Assembly: GCA_024403675.1 (NCBI GenBank)
Contig: JAKSRH010000006.1
Span: 24,111 to 88,110, forward strand
Direction: 5' to 3'
Length of the DNA: 64,000 nucleotides
Source of the DNA: Saccharofermentans sp.
GTDB taxonomy: Bacteria; Bacillota; Clostridia; Saccharofermentanales; Saccharofermentanaceae
Positions 29,391 through 39,511 of the stretch are shown here, piece after piece. The notes under the pieces are model-generated. The model saw only the letters and a list, made by a program, of their open reading frames with translations, was not told the DNA's origin and did not search any database. How positions within the stretch are numbered: the stretch's first letter is position 1; each line of letters opens with the position of its first letter. The position numbers were made by a program, and so were the translations under genes.

Positions 29391-31301
29391 TTAGATCTTT
29401 CTTTTATAACTTACAAATGCGAATTTCTTCGAGTCAGGAGACCAAGAATTTACATTTATTGTGCCCTGACCTCCGAAGATAGTCATAAGAGTCTGAAGAT
29501 CACTTCCGTCAGAGTTCATCATGCGAAGGTCAACCATTCTGTTAGGGATGTGATCACCTGGCCAAAGGTCTCCCTTATAATAGGAAATCATGACAATCTT
29601 TGACTTGTCAGGGGAAATATGTGGGAACCATGTGTTGTAGTTTTTGTCAAAGGTGAGCTGAGTTTGTTTGGAACCATCCTTACGCATACGGAAGGCCTGC
29701 ATAAGTCCCATACGAACGCTGTTAAAATATATGTACTCATCATCTACATCGTATTCGCATCCGTCATTAAGACATGGTGCGGTAGTAAGGCGAGTCTCCA
29801 CCTTAGTATCTATGTCAATCTCATATACATCGTACTCACCATTACGCTCAGCACAGTAGCACATTGTCTTTCCGTCACTGCTCCAGCCGTGGAGATAACT
29901 AGGAACATCAGGTGTAACCTCAGTAGTTGTTCCATCAATAAGAGAGATGCGGTGAATTCTAGACTTGCCAGTAGAATCAGATTCATCACTTACGGCAATT
30001 TCAGAGTCATCAAATTTAAGCACATGGTCATTATTCATTTTGCAAAGTTTGCCACTAGAGATTTGCGTGGAATCTTTTGTATCGAGGTCGAATTTGTATA
30101 TATAACCATTGCCGTTATATACAAGGAATTTGCCGTCGTGAGACCAGTTTGGAGCTTCGATAACGCCATCAATCTCAGCTACTACCTCTCGTTCTTTTGT
30201 CTCTGTATCATAAATCTCGAGATATGAAATAGTATTACTTCTATCCCATGGATCTTCTGTAGTAAAAGCTGCACCCTGTCCCCATACTTCTTCAACGTTA
30301 TGAGCAATATCTTCTTTTATCTCGAATGGGTATACAACACCAACATGGTTTCTAATAGTGTCCATCCATCCCATGAGACGAATAGTCTCACTAAGAGGCA
30401 TAGATTCAGACTCAGTTTTACCTTCATCTAACATCTTAAGTGATTCGAGCACTTCGTATTCATATCCGTTAACTAGATAAGGTGTATCGACTGTGAGGAC
30501 AAGCTCTCCTTCAGGATTATATATTTTAAGGCAATCTGGTACATTTACAGGGCTAAATGTCATGTAGCCTTTGTCACCAACAATCTTTGCATAGTTGGAT
30601 TTTTGGTCTACATATGAGCACTTTGCTCTAGCCATTGTGCCATCCTTATATGTAAGGAATATTACGTCAGTAGCATCAACACCTGTATCAGAAATAACAG
30701 CATTTGCTCGAATAGTCTTGATGTCTGTTCCATAAATCATGTTAGGAATAGTTAGTGAATAAACTCCGAGGTCAAGAAGTGCACCACCAGCAAGTGCAGG
30801 ATTAGATAGACGATCTACACCAATGATAGGTACAGAAAAGTCAGATTCGATATAGTGAATATCACCGATAATTCCTTCAGAAATCATCCTCTTTGCTGTA
30901 GCAATGGAAGGGAGAAATCTAGTCCACATTGCTTCCACAAGAAGAAGGCCTTTGTTAGAAGCGAGTTCAATAATTTCTTTTGCCTGCTTTAAGTTACCGC
31001 AGAAAGCTTTTTCAACTAAGCAGTTTCTACCAGCATTTAGGCAAAGCTTAGCGTTGGCATAGTGTTCAGAGTGAGGTGTAGCGATATAAATGAGGTCAAC
31101 ATTTTCATCATTGGCGAGTTCTTCGTAAGAGCCATAGGCCTTTTGGAATCCCCATTTGTTTTTGAAGGCTTCTGCCTTTTCTATATTTCTAGATGCTACC
31201 GCATACATACACGCTTTATCAGAAATCCCCTTAAGAGCAGTAGCCATAGCACAAGCGATGTTTCCTGCACCTAGGATAGCGACATTATAAATTTTGCTCA
31301 T
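29391..31301 (-). CDS. Gfo/Idh/MocA oxidoreductase fused to TolB-like beta-propeller
   Basis: GAGNIA, YIATPH, EKAF, GGALLDLGVY; C-terminal EAPNWSHDG, NNDHV, YLHGWS, WFPHISPD, NVNSWSPD. Confidence 0.85.
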   Translation of the reverse strand: MSKIYNVAILGAGNIACAMATALKGISDKACMYAVASRNIEKAEAFKNKWGFQKAYGSYEELANDENVDLIYIATPHSEHYANAKLCLNAGRNCLVEKAFCGNLKQAKEIIELASNKGLLLVEAMWTRFLPSIATAKRMISEGIIGDIHYIESDFSVPIIGVDRLSNPALAGGALLDLGVYSLTIPNMIYGTDIKTIRANAVISDTGVDATDVIFLTYKDGTMARAKCSYVDQKSNYAKIVGDKGYMTFSPVNVPDCLKIYNPEGELVLTVDTPYLVNGYEYEVLESLKMLDEGKTESESMPLSETIRLMGWMDTIRNHVGVVYPFEIKEDIAHNVEEVWGQGAAFTTEDPWDRSNTISYLEIYDTETKEREVVAEIDGVIEAPNWSHDGKFLVYNGNGYIYKFDLDTKDSTQISSGKLCKMNNDHVLKFDDSEIAVSDESDSTGKSRIHRISLIDGTTTEVTPDVPSYLHGWSSDGKTMCYCAERNGEYDVYEIDIDTKVETRLTTAPCLNDGCEYDVDDEYIYFNSVRMGLMQAFRMRKDGSKQTQLTFDKNYNTWFPHISPDKSKIVMISYYKGDLWPGDHIPNRMVDLRMMNSDGSDLQTLMTIFGGQGTINVNSWSPDSKKFAFVSYKRKI

Positions 31302-31394
31302 AAATACCTCCGACCCGTTAATAAGTTTTATATTTCACTTATAACAAAATCGGAGGTAAAAAGATTTTAAATATACAGGGTTTATATCAAAAAT

Positions 31395-32420
31395 TTATAC
31401 TTTAACTTCGCCAGCAAGGACTTTCTTATAGTCTTCGTAGTTTTTCTTAAGAAGAACAGGTGTGTCGAGTCCATAAGGGCACTTCTTGTGACATGATCCA
31501 CACTCCAAGCATTCTTCGATTTTTTTCATTTCCTGCTGCATGTTTGGTGCTAGCCAACCTTTGGAAGGGGCACGTCTTAAAAGAAGAGACATACGCGCAC
31601 AAGTGTTAATTTGAATACCCTTAGGACAAGGCAGACAGTAGCCACAGCCTCGACAGAACTCACCCATGAGTTCTTGCTGTTCTTTCTCTACAAAGGTCTT
31701 CATCTCGTCGTCGTATTCTGGTGTGTTATCCATGTAAGAAAGCCACTCATCAAGTTCGGATTCGCGCTGGATACCCCAGATTGGAAGTGCATTGTCATAT
31801 TGGTACATGAATGCCATTGCAGCTTTGGAGTTTGTGATGAGACCGCCAGCTAATCCTTTCATGGCAATAAAGCCCACATTGTTCTCTTTACAAAGATTAA
31901 CCAGTTCAATCTCGCGAGGATCAGCAAGGTAACTAAAAGGATACTGTAAAGTCTCGTAAAGACCGGACTTAACACATTCGAAAGCGACCTCAATTTTGTG
32001 TGCGGTAATTCCGATGTGTCGAATTTTACCCTGAGCTTTAGCCTCTAACATGCATTCGTACATGCCTGTACCGTCGCCAGGCTTATAGCACTGTTCTGCA
32101 CAGTGGAGCTGATAAATGTCAATGTAATCTGTCTTAAGAAGTGAAAGGGACGTCTCTAGGTGCTCCCAGAAAACATCAGGTGTTTTAGCACCAGTTTTTG
32201 TAGCTATAAATACTTTTTCACGCATACCTTCGAAGGCTATTCCGACCTTTTCCTCAGAATCAGAATATGCTCTTGCGGTATCAAAGAAAGTCATTCCTCC
32301 TTCATATGCCTTTCGGAGGAGACGAACAGCGACTTCAGTGGAGTCTCTCTGGATAGGGAGCGCTCCAAAAGCATTTTGTGGGACTGTTATTCCTGTACTA
32401 CCTAATGTTATATTTCTCAT
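31395..32420 (-). CDS. Aldo/keto reductase with C-terminal 4Fe-4S dicluster
   Basis: FDTARAY, IATK, DIYQLH; CRGCGYCLPCP and CLECGSCHKKCP. Confidence 0.9.
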   Translation of the reverse strand: MRNITLGSTGITVPQNAFGALPIQRDSTEVAVRLLRKAYEGGMTFFDTARAYSDSEEKVGIAFEGMREKVFIATKTGAKTPDVFWEHLETSLSLLKTDYIDIYQLHCAEQCYKPGDGTGMYECMLEAKAQGKIRHIGITAHKIEVAFECVKSGLYETLQYPFSYLADPREIELVNLCKENNVGFIAMKGLAGGLITNSKAAMAFMYQYDNALPIWGIQRESELDEWLSYMDNTPEYDDEMKTFVEKEQQELMGEFCRGCGYCLPCPKGIQINTCARMSLLLRRAPSKGWLAPNMQQEMKKIEECLECGSCHKKCPYGLDTPVLLKKNYEDYKKVLAGEVKV

Positions 32421-32422
32421 AT

Positions 32423-32806
32423 TTATTTCTCCATAAAGAATTCAATTTCTTCTCCAAGAGGACCAAAGCAGAAGGCTATTCTAGCAGGGAAGGGTACTTC
32501 TGAAGGAATAACGATGTCTTTAGGTTCTATGAAAACTTCGTAACCAGCGTTTTTAACCTTAGTGATAACTGCGTCGACGTCATTTACCGCAAATGCAAAG
32601 TGTCTAATCATGCCCTTGGGAAGAGCACCCTCGCCGTCATTAAAGATTTCTACTAGGCCATTACCAGTATCAAACATAATGCCTTTGTTCCATGTTCTTA
32701 CGATTGGAAGTTCAAGAATATCAGAGTAGAAAGATACAGTCTTTTCATACTCAATATCAGAGCTGGTTTTAAGTGATACGTGGTGAATTCCTGTGATATT
32801 ACCCAT
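32423..32806 (-). CDS. VOC/glyoxalase family protein
   Basis: IHHVSL, RHFAFAV, GPLGEEIEF. Confidence 0.88.
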   Translation of the reverse strand: MGNITGIHHVSLKTSSDIEYEKTVSFYSDILELPIVRTWNKGIMFDTGNGLVEIFNDGEGALPKGMIRHFAFAVNDVDAVITKVKNAGYEVFIEPKDIVIPSEVPFPARIAFCFGPLGEEIEFFMEK

Positions 32807-32934
32807 ATATAATCCCCCTTGGTTTTATAGATTTGATAATACACTTTTTTGTTTTATAAAAACAATAATGCTACTAGAATTATATGGGTGAGGCGCCTAT
32901 AATTAGGCTATATTTGTTTGGAGCGGAGGCCTAT

Positions 32935-33192
32935 ATGAAAAAGTTCACATACACAATTAAAAATGAGATTGGAATTCACGTTAAACCAGCTGGTGATTTG
33001 TCTAGAGCAGCTAGTAAATATATGAGCAAGATTTTTGTGACAAAGGATGGCAATAGTGCTGACGCTACAAAGATTTTGGCAGTAATGAGTCTTGGAATTG
33101 GATTTAAAGATAAGATCACAGTTACAGCTATGGGTGAAGATGATGAAATTGCAATTGAAGGAATGAAGAAGTTCTTTAAGGACAATTTCTAA
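32935..33192 (+). CDS. HPr-family phosphocarrier protein (atypical)
   Basis: 85 aa, GIHVKPA with His15, AVMSLG, GEDD. Confidence 0.85.
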   Translation: MKKFTYTIKNEIGIHVKPAGDLSRAASKYMSKIFVTKDGNSADATKILAVMSLGIGFKDKITVTAMGEDDEIAIEGMKKFFKDNF

Positions 33193-33293
33193 TACTTTAT
33201 ATTTCAAAGTTGTTTGACAAAAAGCATTTACCCGTTTCATTATTTAATGTAATGTAGTAAATGCTTTTATTATTTGTGTTAAAGAGATGTTCT

Positions 33294-34778
33294 ATGATAA
33301 AGATTCAATATAGTAAATTACGTGCAGCGGCACTTATATTACTGCTTCTGCCAACTTTTGTTTTTATTGTTACATGGCTCAAATTAGGTTTTGCATTTTT
33401 GGGTGCACAGTTATTAGCGATTGCTTTGTTTTTTGTATTAAAAATAAAAGATGACAGAGAGTTAGAATTTAAGATTTCCACTTTAGTAATTTTGGCCGTT
33501 GGTGTTGCAGTGTGGGTGTATCTTGCGGGACAGGGTGGCTTTTTCTCTCAAAAGGGAGATCATTTTTATCGTAATGTAATCTTTAGAGATTTGGTAAATT
33601 ATGACTGGCCTGTTCGTTACCATAACGAGGCAGATGAGAGTCTTGTTTATTATATTGGATACTGGTTAGTTCCGGCGCTTTTTGGAAAAATATTCACCGC
33701 CATGGCTGGGTTTAACGCTGGTTGGCTTGCGGCGAGAATTGTGTTGTTTATCTGGTCATTCCTGTTTATATATGCATCAATTTTACTTGTATGTTTTAAA
33801 TTAGGTAGTGGTAAGAGAAAGGCTATGTTTGTTGTACTCGTGGTCTTTGTATTCTTCAGTGGAATGGATGTTCTCGGAATAAGAAACACAGATATTACTA
33901 ATCATATTGAGTGGTGGAGCTTTAATATGCAGTTTAGCTCCATGACTACGCAGTTATTCTGGGTGTTTAATCAAGCAGTGCCTGCTTGGCTTGCGACAGC
34001 TCTTACGCTTAATGAAAAGGATGAAAGAGCATACGCTCTTATTGGATTGGGATTATTATCTACTTCTCCTCTACCTCTTGTGGGTCTCGCAGTTTATATG
34101 TTGTATAAGGCGGTAATTGAATTTAATAGCTACGCAAAAAAGAAGGAATTTGCGAAGTTTATAAAGAGAGTAGCGACAATACCAAATATCTTAGCTGTTG
34201 TTACAATTCTTCCTGTTTATTCACTTTATTATCGTAATAATGTGGCTTCAGAAGGAAGTTTCAAGTTTATTGGTGATCATATTACTACTGATCCTAAAGT
34301 AGCTATTCCAGCATATATTGCGTTCTTGTTGGTCGAATTTGCATTCTTGCTTATCCTACTCATCAATAAGAAAAATAAGAATGATGCTATATATGCATTT
34401 GCTTTTTTGGCTTTTGCACCACTTGCGAGAATTGGTACAGAATTTGATTTTTGTATGAGAGCATCTATCCCAGCATTGTTTATCATTATGGTTATGCTTA
34501 TAGAGTATTTTTATGATGTTCTTGAAAATAAAGAAAAACGCGTACATTTACAAAGTCTTTGTTTGGTAGTGGTTTTCTTCCTTGTTGGCGCAGTTACACC
34601 GATGGTCGAGATTTCAAATAATGTTAGAAGATATGTTGAAACAGAAGGCGAAAGCGCAAAGCAATTGGATGTACTTGAGACTTTGATGGATAGTACTTTT
34701 GAAGGACGAATAAATTTTGTTTGTGTCGATTCGGCAAATACATTCTTTTATAAATATATAGCAAAAGCGGATACTTGA
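33294..34778 (+). CDS. Polytopic membrane protein, possibly GT-C glycosyltransferase-like
   Basis: About 12 hydrophobic segments, D..YRN..F.DL..YDWP, LVYYIGYWL, DFCMRASIP. Confidence 0.55.
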   Translation: MIKIQYSKLRAAALILLLLPTFVFIVTWLKLGFAFLGAQLLAIALFFVLKIKDDRELEFKISTLVILAVGVAVWVYLAGQGGFFSQKGDHFYRNVIFRDLVNYDWPVRYHNEADESLVYYIGYWLVPALFGKIFTAMAGFNAGWLAARIVLFIWSFLFIYASILLVCFKLGSGKRKAMFVVLVVFVFFSGMDVLGIRNTDITNHIEWWSFNMQFSSMTTQLFWVFNQAVPAWLATALTLNEKDERAYALIGLGLLSTSPLPLVGLAVYMLYKAVIEFNSYAKKKEFAKFIKRVATIPNILAVVTILPVYSLYYRNNVASEGSFKFIGDHITTDPKVAIPAYIAFLLVEFAFLLILLINKKNKNDAIYAFAFLAFAPLARIGTEFDFCMRASIPALFIIMVMLIEYFYDVLENKEKRVHLQSLCLVVVFFLVGAVTPMVEISNNVRRYVETEGESAKQLDVLETLMDSTFEGRINFVCVDSANTFFYKYIAKADT

Positions 34779-34792
34779 TAGTATCCGCTTTT
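34763..34792. terminator. Bidirectional terminator
   Basis: aaaagcggatact-tgat-agtatccgctttt. Confidence 0.8.
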
Positions 34793-34799
34793 ATCTTGT

Positions 34800-36332
34800 T
34801 TATTGCTTTACAAATGGAATATCGTCGTAACTGTTAAAGCCATATACCTTATAAGATGGATTAGCATATATTGGATCTTGTGTCATGCTACGTGCTAAAT
34901 CTGAATCAAATTCTTCGCTTGAAATAATAATAACTACTTTTCCATCAGGAACCTTATCTAGGTGTTCTGATTTCTGGAGCCACATGAGAAGTTGTCCAGA
35001 GGTATCAGGAGCTACTAGAGAATACATATCTACCTGGCCGTTTGTGTACTCAACCACAACATCAGCATTCCATATTGTTCCATATCCGTATTCGTAATCT
35101 GTAGTTTTTAGGTACTCACAAACTGCCATCATATCATGACCACATCCTGGAAAATATAAATGCTCATAATTCATAACAGTGTCCATAAAAAGGAATCCTG
35201 CGAAAGAAATCGTGAGAACAATCTTAGCTATAGTTTTGATATTAATCTTGAACTCAAATATTAAGAAAGCCGCGATAATAAGCATTATATTTGTAGGGAA
35301 GAAGTATCTTGGTACGAGCTCAATACTTGTAAACTGATTGAACAAAAGAAGAATCAAATATGAAACAGCAACATATCTTGCGATAAAGATTGTTTTGTCA
35401 TCATGTTTATCAGTGTGTTTGAGTATTTTGGTACAAGCGTAGATAGAAGTAACAAGCAAAAGCGCGAAAAATAAAAAACTAAAAATATTAGTTATCGATG
35501 GAGATACGTTATTGATAAATCCTATTGAAGAAAAGAAATTATTAATATATCTCTCAAGCTTAATAAATGAGAAATTATCGATTTTTACAGGGAAACCATC
35601 TTGAATAATAAATTTCTCAGGGAAAACTTTTGTGTTGATATATAGACCAATTAATAAAGAAATTGTATTTGGTATGAAGTAGATAATAGTTGATTTGAGA
35701 GAAACTTTTTTAGAATACGTATCGATTCCTACAAGCACCCATAAAGGCGCGATTACCATGAGAAGGAAACGCATACCAGATAGACCATTTATAAATGCTA
35801 CCACGCACGTGGCAATGAGACAGATATATTTAATGACGCCTTTCTTCTGCACGTAAAGGAAGTACAAAAGAATATAAAGGAGCATGTATACGATAAAGAA
35901 AGTATAGATATTTTCGAACCATACATATTCATAATAGTTATCAGAAAATGGAATAGATAATACCATTGCTACCCATGGATATAAGTATACTTTGTCGATT
36001 ACTTTAAAGAACCAAAATACAACCGCAAACATGGTTACAACACATGTTAGAGCAGAGAGGTTTCTGACCAATATCCAGTCGTTAGTAAAATGGAAAAAGA
36101 ATGCGTTTATATGAGCAAAAGAAAATACTCTTACCTCTGTACTATATATCCAATTAGTTGGGATAAATTCGTTACCCTCAGCAATTAACTTACCAAGAAT
36201 CATCTCGGCACTAGTATCTGTATGAAGTCTGTGGAAAGAATATCTCCACATATGAATCATATTGTATAAAAATAGCATCGCAAAAAATACCCATGGTAAA
36301 ATGCGAGGCAATTTGTTTTTTATTTTTTCCAT
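34800..36332 (-). CDS. Polytopic membrane protein, possibly GT-C glycosyltransferase-like
   Basis: Many TM helices, HTDTSAE...W.YSTE, C-terminal YGYGTIWNA extracellular domain. Confidence 0.55.
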   Translation of the reverse strand: MEKIKNKLPRILPWVFFAMLFLYNMIHMWRYSFHRLHTDTSAEMILGKLIAEGNEFIPTNWIYSTEVRVFSFAHINAFFFHFTNDWILVRNLSALTCVVTMFAVVFWFFKVIDKVYLYPWVAMVLSIPFSDNYYEYVWFENIYTFFIVYMLLYILLYFLYVQKKGVIKYICLIATCVVAFINGLSGMRFLLMVIAPLWVLVGIDTYSKKVSLKSTIIYFIPNTISLLIGLYINTKVFPEKFIIQDGFPVKIDNFSFIKLERYINNFFSSIGFINNVSPSITNIFSFLFFALLLVTSIYACTKILKHTDKHDDKTIFIARYVAVSYLILLLFNQFTSIELVPRYFFPTNIMLIIAAFLIFEFKINIKTIAKIVLTISFAGFLFMDTVMNYEHLYFPGCGHDMMAVCEYLKTTDYEYGYGTIWNADVVVEYTNGQVDMYSLVAPDTSGQLLMWLQKSEHLDKVPDGKVVIIISSEEFDSDLARSMTQDPIYANPSYKVYGFNSYDDIPFVKQ

Positions 36333-37444
36333 AGTAACTTTCCTTTATTAATGACAAGCTCGATTGCTCTCCAGAAATAATAAACTGCGACAGAAAGCAA
36401 ATAAGACATTATTATCAAAACTAAAAGTGAGAGTATACCCCACTTAGGTGCAATAACAATTTTAACTAGAGCGTAGAAATAGTAGCACAAGAATGTGTGG
36501 ATTAACCACATGTTAGTACTTTGCTTGCCAAGAGCTAGCATTACATATCTAAGTGGCTTTATATATGACAAGAAATTTATACTTAATACTACGATAACTG
36601 GCACATAGATAATGTCCATGCTGTTAGATGTAATTGATTGTCTAAGAAATACGATTAGAGCAAATAGTAAAACATCGGTCACAGGATTAAGTAATCTATT
36701 TGACTTTAAAGATGTGTTTAATCTTTCAAGAAGACCATCTTTTGCTGCTACAATACCCATCCAGAAGCAAGCGATATTTGGTACAGACTGAGAAATGATT
36801 TGTGCAAATACAAAGTCAGAATTAAGTACAGCAAATGTTTGTGTTGCTTTTATCGCAGGGATTATGCTACTAGCCATTACACCTGCAATCATTACAAGTA
36901 AAATATTAACCTTAGGGGAGTGTTTCTCAGCAATTGCTCTTGCAATTGGGAAGGAAAGTAAGGCAATAACATAACTATAAAGAAACCACCACTCAGAGTT
37001 ATAGTTTGTGTAAAAACCAGTGAAGTTTACAAAGAAATTATTCCAGTTAAATTCAGCATAACGGGAAGGTATGGATATATCAGTGCAATAAGCAGGCTGA
37101 GAGGAAAAGAATAGAAATCCAATAGGAACAAAAATTAAAAAGACTTTCCAAAAAGCTACATAAAGTCTTTTGATCTTTGCGACCACATCGTACTGCTTGT
37201 TATGAAACTCCAAGTAAGTGCCATAACCACCTACAAAAAGGAAAAGTGATACGCAAATCTGTCCGAAAGGACCAATGTATGCAAGTGAACTTTGGCCAAA
37301 AATAGAAAAGAGATTTCTTAGTCCGTCACCAGCAATTCTATCTGGGAAACTCCACAAATGATTCATTAACATCAAAATAATAGCGATGCCTTTGATAGCT
37401 TTGGTGTCTGTCCTTGATAGGAATGAATCTGTTTTTGAGCTCAT
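36320..37444 (-). CDS. Acyltransferase-3 family (O-acetyltransferase-like) membrane protein
   Basis: KGIAIILM..NH, VSLFLFVGGYG, WWFLYSY, LGKQS..MWLIH. Confidence 0.85.
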   Translation of the reverse strand: MSSKTDSFLSRTDTKAIKGIAIILMLMNHLWSFPDRIAGDGLRNLFSIFGQSSLAYIGPFGQICVSLFLFVGGYGTYLEFHNKQYDVVAKIKRLYVAFWKVFLIFVPIGFLFFSSQPAYCTDISIPSRYAEFNWNNFFVNFTGFYTNYNSEWWFLYSYVIALLSFPIARAIAEKHSPKVNILLVMIAGVMASSIIPAIKATQTFAVLNSDFVFAQIISQSVPNIACFWMGIVAAKDGLLERLNTSLKSNRLLNPVTDVLLFALIVFLRQSITSNSMDIIYVPVIVVLSINFLSYIKPLRYVMLALGKQSTNMWLIHTFLCYYFYALVKIVIAPKWGILSLLVLIIMSYLLSVAVYYFWRAIELVINKGKLLWKK

Positions 37445-37591
37445 TATCTTTTCTCCATTATTGTATATGTCACCTCCTAATAATGCTTCAAATTTATGGT
37501 GTCGTCAAACATAGTTCGTGATTAAGAGTGGAAGTTTTGATGTCCAAAGTATTATAATAATATCTACTATATAGGCAGTTAGGGGAATTAA

Positions 37592-38539
37592 ATGAGCACA
37601 ATAATTCCATATGATGGTGATAAGCCTTTCATATTTATTAGTTATTCTCATAGAGATAATGAGCAGGTGTGGTCTATTATCGATCGTATGATGAAAGATG
37701 GATATCGTGTTTGGTACGATGATGGAATTAATCCAGGTACTGAATGGGATGAGTTTATTGCTACCAAAATTTCGTCTTGTAAGTATTTTGTTGCTTTTAT
37801 TAGTGAGAACTATATTAATTCAGATAACTGCAAGGATGAGCTTAATTATGCTCGAGATATAGTAGAAAATAGACTTCTGATTTACTTAGAAGAGGTAAAC
37901 CTTCCTAAGGGAATGGAAATGAGACTTGGTCGTATACAGGCGATTCATAAGCACAACATCCATAACGAGAAGGCTTTTTATAACAAATTATATTCAAGTA
38001 AAAACATGAATCTTTTTAAGGAAGAGCCATTAAAGGCTCCTATTCCTGTGCCAGTAGCTGCACCAACTCCAGCTCCAGTACCAGTACCTGTACCTGTTCC
38101 AGGTTCTGTACCTAATGTTCCTGTTTATACTAATACTGTTCCTCAGAAAGAAAGTGAAAATACTTTTGTGCTTCCATCAACCAAATGGGGAAGATGGGGT
38201 ATTCCAGGATTTAGAAATAAGAATGCTCTTCATATGCTTGCAGGTGGAGTTACTTTTATTCTTACTCTTTTGGTAATAGGTTATTTGTTAGCATATGGTT
38301 TTTATAACCTTTCCGCATTTAGTAGAAAAATGTATATAAATGCTGGCTATAGTTTTGTCTCTGCCGCTATTATTCTTTTGTTAGTCCTATTTAATAGTAA
38401 TTATGGATGGGTTAAGCAGAGATTATTTAAGCTACATAGACTTCCTCGCGTTTCTAGGTGGGTGTTTATTATCTCTGTAAATGTATTGATAATTATTCTT
38501 TGGATAATAGCCGTTGTACTTGTAGCTTCATATCTTTAA
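37592..38539 (+). CDS. TIR-domain protein with Pro-rich linker and C-terminal TM helices
   Basis: FIFISYSHRD, VWYDDGI.PG.EW, S.NCKDELNYA; PVPV linker; about 3 TM segments. Confidence 0.85.
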   Translation: MSTIIPYDGDKPFIFISYSHRDNEQVWSIIDRMMKDGYRVWYDDGINPGTEWDEFIATKISSCKYFVAFISENYINSDNCKDELNYARDIVENRLLIYLEEVNLPKGMEMRLGRIQAIHKHNIHNEKAFYNKLYSSKNMNLFKEEPLKAPIPVPVAAPTPAPVPVPVPVPGSVPNVPVYTNTVPQKESENTFVLPSTKWGRWGIPGFRNKNALHMLAGGVTFILTLLVIGYLLAYGFYNLSAFSRKMYINAGYSFVSAAIILLLVLFNSNYGWVKQRLFKLHRLPRVSRWVFIISVNVLIIILWIIAVVLVASYL

Positions 38540-38660
38540 TGTTCGTAAGCCACCAAAAATATTTAAAAAAAATTTCTAAAAAAATGAACTTTTTCATTTT
38601 CTAAAGCTCCTTATAGGTATAAAGCAAAAACAAAAGCTTAATCCAAGGAGGAAATTTAAA

Positions 38661-39251
38661 ATGGAAAAGAAGACAATTAACACAATCATCACTAACACAG
38701 GCCGCATAGCAGCAGTTATCTCACTCGTAATTGCTTTTAAGATGGAAACAATTACTGACGTAGCAAGACACCTTACTGGTCTTAGCTTTGTAGGCATGGA
38801 TGCAGCAACACTTACTTTCGCACAGAGATTCGCATTTGCGTTGTTCCCAATCTTGTTCTTGTTATTATCTTTTATCCCAAAGAAGTCAGTTGCTAGAGTA
38901 TTTGGAATTGGTGCAGCTGCTATGCAGATTGTTATCGCTAGACAGTTTATCGTTAACATTATTGATGTTATTGGAAGACGCGCAGGGGATATGAAGACAG
39001 CTACAATTTTCTATGCTATCTTTGGCGCATTTGCAATCATTTGTTGTGTTGCAGGTTTCTTCTCAGGAAAGATTCATCAGCTTGTTAATAGCAAGACTTC
39101 TGCCCAAAAGTTTGCTCAGCCAGTAATGGTTACTTCCCAGCCTGTAGTCGCTCCACAGCCAGTTCCAGCACCACAGCCAGTTCCTGCTTTTGCTAATTTT
39201 GCAGAAGCACCTTCCAATAATGCTAATTATTACAATCCATATAACGTGTAA
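38661..39251 (+). CDS. Hypothetical membrane protein with PQPV-repeat tail
   Basis: aaggagg RBS, about 4 TM helices, 18-nt tandem repeat at 39153-39188, own terminator. Confidence 0.7.
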   Translation: MEKKTINTIITNTGRIAAVISLVIAFKMETITDVARHLTGLSFVGMDAATLTFAQRFAFALFPILFLLLSFIPKKSVARVFGIGAAAMQIVIARQFIVNIIDVIGRRAGDMKTATIFYAIFGAFAIICCVAGFFSGKIHQLVNSKTSAQKFAQPVMVTSQPVVAPQPVPAPQPVPAFANFAEAPSNNANYYNPYNV

Positions 39252-39269
39252 TAGTTTCCCCTTTGGAAT

Positions 39270-39308
39270 AAGAGGCCTCTTCTGGTTTTTTCAGGAGGGG
39301 TCTCTTTT
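39270..39308 (+). terminator. Rho-independent terminator
   Basis: aagaggcctcttctgg...caggaggggtctctttt. Confidence 0.7.
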
Positions 39309-39511
39309 CATGTATAACGTGTTCGGATAGATAAAACCTTCTTATTCATATTAACCTCCCCCAATATAATGAATAGTTGAACTCTACTTGATATCATGGA
39401 ATACAATACAAAATTATCGTAAAACAATAAATATATATTGACTCGCAAAAACTTTGATGCTATCCTACAACCATAAGTCATGACAAATAATAATACGTGG
39501 AGTAAAAGACA

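Noticed and set aside
38594-38959. 121-aa minus-strand ORF
   Set aside because: Overlaps the plus-strand gene that has a strong RBS and its own terminator
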